A stretch of DNA of 64,000 bases from an uncultured Pirellulaceae bacterium. GTDB lineage: Bacteria; Planctomycetota; Planctomycetia; Pirellulales; Pirellulaceae. Both the position numbers and the translations under genes were made by a program. The DNA is taken from contig CAYUJE010000001.1 of the NCBI GenBank assembly GCA_964444865.1, positions 2,500 through 66,499 on the forward strand. Reading direction: 5' to 3'. Shown piece after piece: positions 38,872-48,743 of the stretch; position 1 is the first letter of the stretch, and the number at the start of each line of letters is the position of its first letter. The notes under the pieces are model-generated. The model had not been told where the DNA came from. It did not search any database and saw only the letters and a list, made by a program, of their open reading frames with translations.

Positions 38872-39705
38872 ATGTCTCGCCTCTCCCGCCGCCGCTTTCT
38901 CGCCACCTCAGCCGCCGCTTCCGCGGCAATTACCGCGAACGGTGCCCTTCTATCGCGACTGGCATATGCCGCTCCCGCGAAGGAAGACTGGATCACGCTG
39001 TTCGACGGCAAGACGCTCAAAGGCTGGCACAAGAATCCAGAAAAAATTGGCCACGGAACTGGCGGCATATGGCAAGTCGAAGACGGCGCGATTGCCGGAG
39101 AGCAAGATCCCCCTGGCAGCGGCAATGGGGGCATCCTGCTGACGGACCGAAAATTCGGCGACTTCGAATTGCTCATCGACATGAAGCCGACCTGGGGTGT
39201 TTGCTCCGGCCTCTTCCTGCGAAGCAACGACAAGGGGCAATGCCTGCAGATGATGGTGGACTATCACGACGCCGGCAATGTCGGCCAGATTTATGGCGAA
39301 GGAACAGGCGGCTTCGCGGCCCGCAACTTTGACGTCAACGGAAAATATGACGCCGACAAGAAACACGTTGGCTACACCACCGACAAGCACAAAACGGCCG
39401 AGGAAGTCGGTCTCGTTTCCTCTTGCACCCCCGAAGAATGGGTTAAAGCCTGGAAGCTCGATGACTGGAACACGGCTCGCGTCCTTTGTGAAGGAAAATA
39501 TCCCAAAGTCACCACCTGGATCAACGGCCAGCAAATCTGCGTCTGGGACGGAGCAACCTCCAAAGCCGAGCGCTATGACAAGGAAGCGGTCCTCAAAGCC
39601 CTGGGCACCGAAGGGAGCATTGCCGTGCAGGTCCACGGCGGCCAAAACTGGCTCGCCGGCGCCAAGTGCCGCTGGCGGAACATCAAGATCCGATCGTTGG
39701 CGTAA
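38872..39705 (+). CDS. DUF1080 (3-keto-disaccharide hydrolase-like) protein with a Tat signal
   Basis: The ATG at 38872 gives MSRLSRRRFLATSAAASAAI. The pattern WITLFDGKTLKGWH ... WRNIKIR matches DUF1080. Confidence 0.8.
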   Translation: MSRLSRRRFLATSAAASAAITANGALLSRLAYAAPAKEDWITLFDGKTLKGWHKNPEKIGHGTGGIWQVEDGAIAGEQDPPGSGNGGILLTDRKFGDFELLIDMKPTWGVCSGLFLRSNDKGQCLQMMVDYHDAGNVGQIYGEGTGGFAARNFDVNGKYDADKKHVGYTTDKHKTAEEVGLVSSCTPEEWVKAWKLDDWNTARVLCEGKYPKVTTWINGQQICVWDGATSKAERYDKEAVLKALGTEGSIAVQVHGGQNWLAGAKCRWRNIKIRSLA

Positions 39706-39792
39706 GATTCGATTTTATCCGTCGGTTAATTCCTGGCAGTTGATCACGGTTTAGTCGTCGTGATGAACGGATACCTCTGCCAGGAGTGACCC

Positions 39793-40602
39793 ATGTCTCC
39801 TCAATTTTTGCAAACCAGGCTCTCGGCGTTACGTAATGAGGGCGAGAAACTGGCGGGCGGTTTGACCGAATTGGCCCAGCGGGCCACGGTGTATCGGCAC
39901 ATCTACCGCGCGTCGGGAGGGAATCACATCTTTCCGTTGATTGCCGCTCATGGCGCACTTTGGGCTCGCGGGTATTTTTGCTGGGCTCTGGACCTGGGGC
40001 ACAAGCTGGCTTGGCAGTATTGTTGGAGCCCAAGCCTCCAGCGCCGGCAGCTCGATTCGCTGGAAGCCTTCGCGAATGCGTTCCGCGATATCAACCGCCG
40101 CGTTTGCGCCGATACTTATGCTAATTTTCACTTCACGGCGGAGTATGGCGAGCATCCGGACGCGGCACAGTGCATACCCGCCGACTTGTTGTCGGCCCTC
40201 AATCAGATGCACTCGGCACAGCGCGACGGACGAACACTTTCCACAGCCCAGAAACAGGAAATCTTCACCGCTCATTTTTTGAGCGAGCAACAACACGTCG
40301 TCGGTCCCAACCTGCAAGCAGCCGTGGAAGCCTTCGACTGGCCCCTCGCCAAATTCATCGCACTTCGACCGCTCATTCAATTCGCCTATTTTCCTGCCGG
40401 CAAGCGATTCTGGTTTCGCGACTTTTCCAACCGCGAAGAGCGCGTCACCCGCGGCTTGCAGGCGTTTCAAATCGCGGCCGATGTCGGCTTCGCAACGACC
40501 GAAGAGTCCCTGAGAAAATACGCCATGCTGCCGGACGCATTCTTCACGCGGCCCAGCGAGTATTTCAGCGAATTGAGGCAGCAAGTACTCCGCGTCGCCT
40601 AA
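39793..40602 (+). CDS. hypothetical protein
   Basis: 269-aa ORF with coding-like composition. No family recognised. Confidence 0.5.
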   Translation: MSPQFLQTRLSALRNEGEKLAGGLTELAQRATVYRHIYRASGGNHIFPLIAAHGALWARGYFCWALDLGHKLAWQYCWSPSLQRRQLDSLEAFANAFRDINRRVCADTYANFHFTAEYGEHPDAAQCIPADLLSALNQMHSAQRDGRTLSTAQKQEIFTAHFLSEQQHVVGPNLQAAVEAFDWPLAKFIALRPLIQFAYFPAGKRFWFRDFSNREERVTRGLQAFQIAADVGFATTEESLRKYAMLPDAFFTRPSEYFSELRQQVLRVA

Positions 40603-40782
40603 GCACTTGTTCGTCTCCACAGCCGATCTGTTGGAGAATTGCGTCGCGAAGAAATCGAATTGCCTACTTGGGCAATCGAGCAGGTGGGTATAATGGTGCA
40701 CTGGGGAGAGTTCCGATCCCAGAGCTATCAACCATCCCACCCGCTTGCCGCCTTTCGACTTTGAAGTTGGAATTCGGAACCT

Positions 40783-41886
40783 ATGCCTCTCCAAATTCCT
40801 CCCTGGCCCATCTCCGATGACGACGTCATGGCGGCATTGTCGGCTGCCTTTCAAGATGGGAGTTGGGGGAAGTATGACGGGCCAAATTGCCAGAGATTGA
40901 TTGCGACCCTTCAAGAATTCAATCAGGTTGAGCACGTCGTTCTCTGCTCATCGGGAACAATAGCCGTGGAGTTAGCGCTGCGCGGGCTCAAGGTCGGTCC
41001 CGGAGATGAAGTGATTCTCGCGGGATACGACTTTCCTGGGAATTTCCGGGCAGTCGAAGCGGTGGGGGCGAAGCCAGTCCTGGTGGACTTGGTGGGGAAC
41101 TCGTGGCGAATCGACGCTTCGCAAATCCCGCTGGCGGTTTCGCCGCTAACCAAGGCAGTCATCGCGTCCCATCTGCACGGAACACTCGTCGATATGCGGA
41201 GCGTGACGGCGCTAGCGAGTGCACACGCTCTGGCAGTTGTGGAAGATGCTTGTCAGGCTCCCGGTGCCTTGGTGCAGGGAAAGCCCGCTGGATCATTGGG
41301 GGATGTCGGCATTCATAGTTTCGGCGGCAGCAAACTCTTGACAGCAGGACGAGGGGGGGCAATTGTTACCCGGCGCGAGGATGTGCTGCAGCGAATTAAG
41401 ATTTTTGGCGAGCGAGGGAATCAAGCTTTTCCGCTCAGCGAGTTGCAGGCGGCTGTGCTACTGCCTCAGATCCCAAAACTAGCGGGCAGGAATGAAATCC
41501 GCTGGCAGAATGTGCAGCGGCTTATCAAAGCCGTCGGTGGACAGTCGATTTTTCAACCCATTCCGCAGCCGACTGATGGCGATCTACCTGCCTTCTACAA
41601 GCTCGGCTGGATGCTCTCGCCGGCGCTGAATGCTCCGACGGACACCGAAGCCGAACAAATTCGCCAGGACTTTGTCCGCAACCTGCAGCAGCGCGGCCTC
41701 CCCTTCGATACTGGCTTCCGCGGCTTTGCCAAGCGGACCAGCCAGCGCTGCCGAGTCGTCGGCGATTTGCCAAATGCCCGCAAGGCGGCAACTTCCACAT
41801 TGCTGATGCATCATCCGGTCCTCCTGCAACCACCAGAGGTCCTCGATCAGGTCGCCGCGGCGTTGTTGGAGTTAGCAGTCCGCTAG
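40783..41886 (+). CDS. DegT/DnrJ/EryC1/StrS family aminotransferase
   Basis: 367-aa ORF with DACQAPGA and the pyridoxal-Lys context SFGGSKLLTAGRGGAI. Confidence 0.8.
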   Translation: MPLQIPPWPISDDDVMAALSAAFQDGSWGKYDGPNCQRLIATLQEFNQVEHVVLCSSGTIAVELALRGLKVGPGDEVILAGYDFPGNFRAVEAVGAKPVLVDLVGNSWRIDASQIPLAVSPLTKAVIASHLHGTLVDMRSVTALASAHALAVVEDACQAPGALVQGKPAGSLGDVGIHSFGGSKLLTAGRGGAIVTRREDVLQRIKIFGERGNQAFPLSELQAAVLLPQIPKLAGRNEIRWQNVQRLIKAVGGQSIFQPIPQPTDGDLPAFYKLGWMLSPALNAPTDTEAEQIRQDFVRNLQQRGLPFDTGFRGFAKRTSQRCRVVGDLPNARKAATSTLLMHHPVLLQPPEVLDQVAAALLELAVR

Positions 41887-41954
41887 ATGCCAGCACCCAA
41901 TCAAAATATGATGAGTAGTTTCTGCTCATTAGCATTCCTACCACAACCAACCCC

Positions 41955-43631
41955 ATGACTCAGCTCAATAAAATCTCCAGCCGCATCACTCAACCCAAAA
42001 GCCAGGGGGCAAGCCAGGCAATGCTCTATGCCACCGGCATGTCCGAAGCCGATATGGGGAAGGCCCAGGTCGGCATCGGCTCCGTCTGGTACGACGGCAA
42101 TCCATGCAACATGCACTTGAACAAGCTGGCGGACCTGGTGAAGGAAGGGGTGCGAGAGGCGGGGCTCGTTGGGATGCGATTCAACACCATCGGCGTCTCC
42201 GACGGGATTTCGATGGGAACCGAAGGGATGAGCTACTCGTTGCAATCTCGCGATCTCATCGCCGATAGCATCGAGACGATCATGGGTGCCCAGTGGTACG
42301 ACGGGCTTGTAACTCTCCCTGGCTGCGACAAGAACATGCCGGGCTGCCTGATTGCCATGGGAAGATTGAACCGGCCAAGCCTGATGGTTTACGGCGGCAC
42401 AATCAAGCCCGGCTCCCTCGACGGCAAGCCGCTCGATATCGTCTCAGCATTTCAATGCTACGGGCAATTCCTCGCCGGCACCATTGATGAAAAAACCCGC
42501 GGCGAAATCGTTAAAAAGTCCTGTCCTGGTGCTGGTGCCTGCGGTGGAATGTACACCGCCAACACGATGTCCACGGCGATTGAAGCGATGGGAATGACGC
42601 TACCCTATAGCTCGTCCTCTCCCGCTGAGTCACCTGAAAAAGCCGAGGAATGTCGCGCTGCCGGGAAAGCAGTGTTGAATCTGCTGGAACTGGATCTCAA
42701 ACCGCGCGACATCATGACGCGGGAAGCGTTTGAAAACGCCATGGTAATGGTAATGGCCCTTGGAGGCTCGACGAATGCCGTGCTGCATCTGCTTGCGATG
42801 GCCCGGGCGGTGAATGTGCCGCTGACCATTGATGACTTTCAGAAAACGAGCAACCGAGTGCCGTACATCGGCGACCTGCGGCCCAGCGGCAAGTTTGTCG
42901 AAGAGGATCTCCACAACGTCGGCGGCACGCCGGCCGTGATGAAGTACCTCTTGGAAAAGGGGTTCATCAATGGGAGTTGCCGGACCGTCACCGGCAAGAC
43001 GGTTGCAGAAAACCTGGCCGCGCTGCCTGGACTCAAGACCGGGCAAAAGATCATCATGCCGCTGGAGAAGCCGATCAAAGAGACGGCTCACATTCAGATC
43101 CTTCGCGGCAATTTGGCACCCGAGGGTTCTGTCGGCAAAATTACCGGCAAAGAAGGACTGGTATTTTCCGGTCCGGCCAAAGTGTACGACAGCGAAGAAG
43201 ACATGTTGCACGCTCTGGAGCGGAAAGAAATTCTCAAGGGGGATGTTGTCATTATCCGCTACGAAGGTCCTAAAGGGGGCCCCGGCATGCCGGAGATGTT
43301 GACCCCAACCTCGGCGTTAATGGGGGCTGGCCTCGGCAGTTCCGTTGCCCTCATCACCGATGGCCGCTTCAGCGGCGGCTCGCACGGATTCCTCGTCGGG
43401 CACGTTACGCCGGAAGCTCAGGAGGGTGGCCCCGTCGCCTTCGTCAAAACAGGAGACAAAGTCACAATCGACGCGACAACCCAGCGACTCGACATGGACG
43501 TCACCGAAGCCGAGTTGGCAAGCCGCAAGCAGGGCTGGAAGGCTCCTGCATTCAAAGCGACTCGCGGCACGCTTTACAAGTACATCAAGAATGTGAAGAG
43601 CGCCAGCGAAGGGTGCGTGACGGATGAATAG
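41955..43631 (+). CDS. ilvD: dihydroxy-acid dehydratase
   Basis: 558-aa ORF with [21 protein letters not shown] and other IlvD/Edd signatures. Confidence 0.92.
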   Translation: MTQLNKISSRITQPKSQGASQAMLYATGMSEADMGKAQVGIGSVWYDGNPCNMHLNKLADLVKEGVREAGLVGMRFNTIGVSDGISMGTEGMSYSLQSRDLIADSIETIMGAQWYDGLVTLPGCDKNMPGCLIAMGRLNRPSLMVYGGTIKPGSLDGKPLDIVSAFQCYGQFLAGTIDEKTRGEIVKKSCPGAGACGGMYTANTMSTAIEAMGMTLPYSSSSPAESPEKAEECRAAGKAVLNLLELDLKPRDIMTREAFENAMVMVMALGGSTNAVLHLLAMARAVNVPLTIDDFQKTSNRVPYIGDLRPSGKFVEEDLHNVGGTPAVMKYLLEKGFINGSCRTVTGKTVAENLAALPGLKTGQKIIMPLEKPIKETAHIQILRGNLAPEGSVGKITGKEGLVFSGPAKVYDSEEDMLHALERKEILKGDVVIIRYEGPKGGPGMPEMLTPTSALMGAGLGSSVALITDGRFSGGSHGFLVGHVTPEAQEGGPVAFVKTGDKVTIDATTQRLDMDVTEAELASRKQGWKAPAFKATRGTLYKYIKNVKSASEGCVTDE

Positions 43632-43643
43632 ACTCGGTACGAA

Positions 43644-44135
43644 CTACGGATTCGCTGCCTTGTACAGATTCAGCGTAATGTGGCACTGTCCTTGATGATG
43701 GGCTTCGTGCCAGGGAAGGATATGCAGGCAATCGAGGAGGGTGAGTTTTCGCTCCTTCAGGGCTTCGGGAATATGGCCCAGGTCGGTGTCCTTGAAGGAA
43801 AGCAGGGTATCCAGAAGGTGCTGGCGAGACTCCGCCAGCACCTTGCGGATTTCGTCGATAGTGGGGATGTTCTCGTCCGGCGTACTCCCCCCTTTGTACC
43901 GCGGCACGAGATCGCTCCAAGCCGGCTTTTTGGGAGGTGCCAGCCGCTCGGTGGCAAAGAGTTCCTCGGTAATGCCGATGTGCATGAGTTGCCAGGCGAC
44001 GTGCGCCCGGCCCGGGCCTGGACGCCATGCGAGGACTTTCATGGGGTCCTTTTCCTGGGCGACGCGATCGAGGGTCAACAGAGTGCGGGGGCGGAAGAAA
44101 CCCATCGCGTCAATCATGCTGTGAATGCTGCTCAT
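43644..44135 (-). CDS. DinB-family (four-helix bundle, metal-binding His) protein
   Basis: 163-aa ORF with HVAWQLMHIG ... WHEAHHQGQ histidine motifs. Confidence 0.65.
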   Translation of the reverse strand: MSSIHSMIDAMGFFRPRTLLTLDRVAQEKDPMKVLAWRPGPGRAHVAWQLMHIGITEELFATERLAPPKKPAWSDLVPRYKGGSTPDENIPTIDEIRKVLAESRQHLLDTLLSFKDTDLGHIPEALKERKLTLLDCLHILPWHEAHHQGQCHITLNLYKAANP

Positions 44136-44269
44136 TTTCTGGCCTTATTCTATTCTTCAAGGAAACGGGAGGGACTCGCGTCATCATAAAAAGTCGCGCG
44201 CCGGCTGAACAGGAGCGAACCAGTTGTTCGCAGCCGCCGTATCAACGCCTTAATGCAACTTGATTGCAA

Positions 44270-44298
44270 TTGACCTCCGCCAGCCTGAAGGTTAGAAT
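44270..44298 (+). promoter_or_regulatory. possible sigma70-type promoter (TTGACC-N17-TAGAAT)
   Basis: The -35 box is at 44270..44275 and the -10 box at 44293..44298, about 20 nt upstream of the ATG at 44319. This is a motif match only. Confidence 0.35.
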
Positions 44299-44318
44299 CG
44301 AAACCATCGGTCTACCCT

Positions 44319-44723
44319 ATGTTTAGCAAGTACCTCAAGATTGTCGCCCTCGGTGCAGTTCTACTGCACTTGGCTGATGGTCTGCTAGCAATTGGGGGTC
44401 ATTCGCACGACCTGGCGGGATGCGACCATGATTGCCACCAGGTCGCGGAGCATTCCGGCCATCATCATCATCATGGCGATTGTTCAGACCACGATGAGGA
44501 CACCTCGCCTCCGGAAGGCGAACGGTCTCAGCCCGATCATCAAGACTCCGACCACTGCGCCGCTTGCCGCCATTTGGCTCAGGCTGCCGCTCATCAATTC
44601 GCCTTTGTCCTCCAGCCGTCAGTAGAGCCAGTCGCAATTCTCCCGTTCCATTTTGAAAAAATGGAGCGAAGCGACTCGGCTCACGACTATCTTTCTCGGG
44701 GTCCCCCAGCGATTGCTCTTTAA
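44319..44723 (+). CDS. small secreted His/Cys/Asp-rich protein (possible metal binding)
   Basis: 134-aa ORF with an N-terminal hydrophobic helix, then HSHDLAGCDHDCHQVAEHSGHHHHHGDCSDHDED...DHQDSDHCAACRH. It ends in SRGPPAIAL. Confidence 0.45.
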   Translation: MFSKYLKIVALGAVLLHLADGLLAIGGHSHDLAGCDHDCHQVAEHSGHHHHHGDCSDHDEDTSPPEGERSQPDHQDSDHCAACRHLAQAAAHQFAFVLQPSVEPVAILPFHFEKMERSDSAHDYLSRGPPAIAL

Positions 44724-44798
44724 CCGTCGCCGTTAGAGCTTTCGTTTCATTCCTGGCCCGCGTCATTGCGCCGCTGGCCCGAACTTGGGATCCCACAC

Positions 44799-45659
44799 AT
44801 GTCTCGCCGCAAATCCGGCTTCACGCTTATCGAACTGTTGGTAGTGATTGCCATCATCGGCATTCTCATTGGTCTGCTTCTTCCCGCGGTGCAATACGCC
44901 CGCGAATCTGCTCGCTCCGCCAGTTGCTGGAACAACCAGCGGCAAGTCGGGGTTGCCCTGCATCTGTTTCACGATGTTCACCGCCATATGCCCGCCGGTT
45001 GGTCCGGCAGCGACCCGGAACATGGCTGGGGCTGGTGCAGCGAGATTCTGCCTCAGCTTGAAAAGAACGACTTATGGGCCAAGCTGCATCGGGATCTCCC
45101 CATTGATGACCCGCTGAACAAGGAAGTCCGGGAGTCTCCCTTGCCCATTCTCGTTTGTCCCTCGGACGGCATTAAAGGCACATTCACAATTTATGGCGGC
45201 CTGGGTGAAGTGGAATTCGGCAATATGGATGTTGGCACCCCTCTCTTCGATGTCGGCCGCACCAACTATGTGGGCGTGTTCGGCACCGAAGAAATCGAAG
45301 ATGCCCCGGATAACGGCAACGGCACCTTCTACTTCCAGAGCCGACTCACCCTGGCAGACTTGCATGACGGCCTCTCCAACACGCTCATCCTCGGCGAACG
45401 CAACAGCCGGCTGGGGGGTTCCACCTGGACCGGAGTGATTGACGGAGCCAATAACGCCAAGGCCCGCATTGTCGGCATCGGCGATCATGCCCCCAACCAT
45501 AAGGACCACCATTTCGACGACTTCACCAGCTTTCATCCCAACGGTGTCCATTTCCTGCTCGGGGATGGCTCGGTGAAACGGCTCAACAACTCCATCCATT
45601 TGGAAGTCTACCGGGCCCTCATGACTCGCAGTGGCAACGAGGTGGTGCAGATTCCGTAA
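44799..45659 (+). CDS. DUF1559 protein with a prepilin-type N-terminal cleavage/methylation motif
   Basis: The ATG at 44799 gives [32 protein letters not shown]. The C-terminal [17 protein letters not shown] matches the DUF1559 pattern. Confidence 0.85.
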   Translation: MSRRKSGFTLIELLVVIAIIGILIGLLLPAVQYARESARSASCWNNQRQVGVALHLFHDVHRHMPAGWSGSDPEHGWGWCSEILPQLEKNDLWAKLHRDLPIDDPLNKEVRESPLPILVCPSDGIKGTFTIYGGLGEVEFGNMDVGTPLFDVGRTNYVGVFGTEEIEDAPDNGNGTFYFQSRLTLADLHDGLSNTLILGERNSRLGGSTWTGVIDGANNAKARIVGIGDHAPNHKDHHFDDFTSFHPNGVHFLLGDGSVKRLNNSIHLEVYRALMTRSGNEVVQIP

Positions 45660-45681
45660 GGTCGTACCAGAAGTGAACTGC

Positions 45682-46665
45682 CTATTCCGCGGTCGAGCGG
45701 TTTCCTTCGGGGCTGGCCGCGATGGGAATGCCGAAGGGGAGGGGGCGGGCGGCGGTCAGGAAACCGAGTTTGAAGAGTTCGGCTTTGAGTTTGCGGAAGT
45801 GGTCGAAGCTGTCGGGATAGACCCAGACGGTGACCGTGGTCCGTTTGGGGTCGTGGCCATGGATGCGGTTCCGAAATTGCGAGTTGGGCTGCAGGGCCTG
45901 TTCCGCGGGTTCGCCCAAATTCTCCTCGGCGTCGATGAGATAAATCTCTTCGAAGACCACCTGATTCCCTTCTCGTCGCAAGCTATAGCGAGCCCCAAAG
46001 CCGTCCCGCACCGGCAGCGATTCTTCGATCCGCTGCTGGCTGCGAAGCTTTTGGACCTTGCTCGGAGCATCTTTCTGCAAGGCATCGGTCATCTCGTTCA
46101 TTGGCACATAGGCCAGGCGTCCGCCGAGCAAGCGGAAATGCATTTCCTGTCCGAAGACCGTCTTGGCCATCGGGGTCGGCAGATGTTGCAGCACGGTCTT
46201 GGAGGGCTTCACAATCGAAGTCAGTGACTGCCCCAGCCGCTCCAATTCCCCTTTCGACTGGATGAGCTCCTGGTTCAGGTCATATTCGGCCCGGTCTTCC
46301 GCGGACATCGCGTCGCGGCTCTTGGCCAGTTCTTGCTCGGCCAGCGCCACGACGGTTTGCAATTGGTTCCGCTCCTCCTGGCGAAAGCTCACTTCCAGCG
46401 CCTGGCGCTGAATTTTTCCTTCCAGCTCGGCCATATTTCGTTCCACATCTGCGGCGGCAGCTTCGGCGGTGGCAAGGTCCGGTGCCGGAATGCCTGAAGC
46501 TGCTTTGGGGCGAGCCGCACTGGTCTCTTCCGCGATCATCGCGCTTTTGGCCTGGGCGCTGACAATCATCACCAGGATGATCAGAATCCCCACGAGGTTC
46601 GCGACCACGTCCAGGAAGGAGTCGTGGCCGGGGACTGCGGCTTGTGAATTGTTTCTGCGGCTCAC
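45682..46665 (-). CDS. single-pass membrane protein with a coiled coil (ExbD/TolR-like N-terminal anchor), third gene of the MotA/ExbB-like operon
   Basis: 327-aa ORF with DSFLDVVANLVGILIILVMIV, which resembles the ExbD anchor motif, followed by a coiled coil and a globular domain. Its start overlaps the upstream stop by 4 nt. Confidence 0.55.
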   Translation of the reverse strand: MSRRNNSQAAVPGHDSFLDVVANLVGILIILVMIVSAQAKSAMIAEETSAARPKAASGIPAPDLATAEAAAADVERNMAELEGKIQRQALEVSFRQEERNQLQTVVALAEQELAKSRDAMSAEDRAEYDLNQELIQSKGELERLGQSLTSIVKPSKTVLQHLPTPMAKTVFGQEMHFRLLGGRLAYVPMNEMTDALQKDAPSKVQKLRSQQRIEESLPVRDGFGARYSLRREGNQVVFEEIYLIDAEENLGEPAEQALQPNSQFRNRIHGHDPKRTTVTVWVYPDSFDHFRKLKAELFKLGFLTAARPLPFGIPIAASPEGNRSTAE

Positions 46666-48743
46666 CGGATTTTCCTTTGCACTTCAATGCCACTACCTTG
46701 CAAGGCGGATTGCAGTTCGGCAAAGCGGTCTTCTGCCCCAGGCTGCACTTCGACCGATAGGGCCGGTCTCCAATAGCCACCGTCGAGAGCAATGCCCCAC
46801 GAGCGCATCTGACGTTGGACACCACTGACCAGAGTTTCGAGTTCCTTGGGAGACATCTCGGGGGAGAGCGGAATTTCTTGCGGTCGGCGTTGGTCGGCCC
46901 GCTCCGGCTGAAGAATCAGCTTGTCCTTCAGGATGGTGACTCCGATGGGCCGCGTGACGCCGGAGACGTGTCGCTGAGCTTCGGGAAGCCCCCAGTTTTT
47001 CCCCTTCGCCTGGCTATTGGAACTGCTCCGCCCTTTGCCAGATTTCTGAGAACCTGCTGGGGGGCCTCTATCGGCTGACCCCATATTCACGCCGATATTT
47101 GGCGCGGATTGCCCGCCGGAAGGAGACCCCGTTGCCCCTCCACCTCCCGCGGTGCCGCCACTCGCCCCACCGCTCGAGCCGCCAGAAGTTCCTCCGGAAC
47201 TTGCTGAGCCGTTGGCGGCATTGGCCTGACTGTTGTATTGGGAGCCTGCCGAGCCGGGGCGCGAAGTGCCGCCCGATTCCGAGGTTCCGCCGGGAGAGCC
47301 GTCCGCGTACGAGCCACCACCGGAAGAACTAACACCTTGATTTGGTTGCGTGAGGCGTGGCGAGCCAGGTTTCCTTGACCCGGGATTGTCGCCTCCGCTG
47401 TTCGCCGCGCCTCCGGGATTGGAACCGCCAGGTCCCGCCCCCCCTGGGCCGTCTCCACCTGATCCGCCAGTTCCGGCACCGGTTCCACCCGTACCCGCCA
47501 AACCGCCAGGTTCTGGCGATGGGGATGCGTTGCCGCCGGAACCATAAGGTCCGGGCCCAGCTCCTGACATGCCAGGCACACCGCCAGAACTTACTCCTCC
47601 TGGTCCGGTCCCATTCGCACCGGCCAGTCCTTTGCCGCCCGGTCCAGTTCCGCTTGTGCCTAATCCACCAGCACCCGTTCCGCCACTGCCTGTGCCAAAT
47701 CCGTTTCCACTGCCGCCATTCCCCACGCCGCTTCCGGCTACTTCTGCCCGGCGACGGACTACTTCTGGATTGTCTTCAGGAGCGAACGAACGAGGAACTT
47801 CTTCGCGGGTGTACTTGCGAGGCATAGCCGTCGCCATGACCGCCTGCCGCTTGCGGGCCTGGGCAATCTCCCGGCTCATGATTTGATCGAGATTGGGGTC
47901 GCGCGGGCCAAAGTCCAAGTTCTTGTCTTCGGAAATTAACTCGTAGCCAAACTCATCTTCCCAAAATCGCATGCAGGCCCGAGCTGCGCCATAAGACAGG
48001 ACGCCGCTGGGGCGAACGACGAGCAGAGGATACGGCTCGGCTGCATTGCCGCCGGTGGCCTTCATGATGTATTCCCGCTTGGTCCTCAGCGCGGCATCCA
48101 GCGGATTCCCTGGGCTCGGCTCGCCGCGGAAATCATCTGCCGTCAGAAGCACTCCTTCCGGCTGAATGACAATTCCTTCCGCCACGCACTCGATGTAGAT
48201 CGGCATCCGCCGCGTGCCGTTGGGGCCGTCGTAGGGAATCAGAGCGTACCACTTTTCCGCTGCAGCTGTTTCTTGCTTCTTCTTTGCCAGTTCATCTTTC
48301 TTCTTGGCCAGCTCGTCTTTGATCTTGGCGAGCTCCGCTCGAGTGGCTGCCAGGTCCTGCTCCTTGGACTGTTTGCCGGCCTTTACTTTCTCCAGCAGTT
48401 CCATCAGCTCCTTTCCTTTGGCGTTGAGCCGACGGATGTGGTCTTCGAGGTGACTAAGAGCCAGTCGAGCTTCTTGGAGCACGTCTTGCCGCTCTTTTCG
48501 CTGCTGCTCAAGGACTTCCTGACGCCAGCGAGCTTCTTCCAGAGCTTCCTGCTGCTTCTTGATTTCGGCCGGGTCGGGCTCACGGGCCTTGGCTTGCTGA
48601 GCCGCGATGGTTTTGGCTTCCAAGCTCGCTTGCTGGACGTTCATGACCAGCAATACAATGAGCGCCCCCATGGTGCAAATCAGCACCGCGAGGAAAGGAA
48701 ACAAGGCCACACCCACATTTTCCTTCTTCGCTCGTCGCCTCAT
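46662..48743 (-). CDS. single-pass membrane protein with a coiled coil, globular domain, ~250-aa Gly/Ser-rich linker and ExbD/TolR-like C-terminal domain
   Basis: 693-aa ORF with a basic N-terminus plus TM segment (RRRAKKENVGVALFPFLAVLICTMGALIVLLV). The K/E coiled coil spans aa ~45-160 and the G/S/P/N/T-rich region spans aa ~335-585. There is a 4-nt overlap with the motA-like gene. Confidence 0.6.
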   Translation of the reverse strand: MRRRAKKENVGVALFPFLAVLICTMGALIVLLVMNVQQASLEAKTIAAQQAKAREPDPAEIKKQQEALEEARWRQEVLEQQRKERQDVLQEARLALSHLEDHIRRLNAKGKELMELLEKVKAGKQSKEQDLAATRAELAKIKDELAKKKDELAKKKQETAAAEKWYALIPYDGPNGTRRMPIYIECVAEGIVIQPEGVLLTADDFRGEPSPGNPLDAALRTKREYIMKATGGNAAEPYPLLVVRPSGVLSYGAARACMRFWEDEFGYELISEDKNLDFGPRDPNLDQIMSREIAQARKRQAVMATAMPRKYTREEVPRSFAPEDNPEVVRRRAEVAGSGVGNGGSGNGFGTGSGGTGAGGLGTSGTGPGGKGLAGANGTGPGGVSSGGVPGMSGAGPGPYGSGGNASPSPEPGGLAGTGGTGAGTGGSGGDGPGGAGPGGSNPGGAANSGGDNPGSRKPGSPRLTQPNQGVSSSGGGSYADGSPGGTSESGGTSRPGSAGSQYNSQANAANGSASSGGTSGGSSGGASGGTAGGGGATGSPSGGQSAPNIGVNMGSADRGPPAGSQKSGKGRSSSNSQAKGKNWGLPEAQRHVSGVTRPIGVTILKDKLILQPERADQRRPQEIPLSPEMSPKELETLVSGVQRQMRSWGIALDGGYWRPALSVEVQPGAEDRFAELQSALQGSGIEVQRKIR

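Noticed and set aside
39829-40935. 368-aa minus-strand ORF opposite the hypothetical gene 39793..40602
   Set aside because: It runs across the intergenic region into the DegT gene start, and its translation is low-complexity and Arg-rich. The + strand ORF looks more protein-like. Neither has a family match, so this call is only moderately secure.
47099-47886. Pro-rich + strand ORFs (e.g. 47350..47547, 47569..47886) in the Gly-rich tract
   Set aside because: They are complement-frame artefacts of the GGN-rich coding region on the minus strand.
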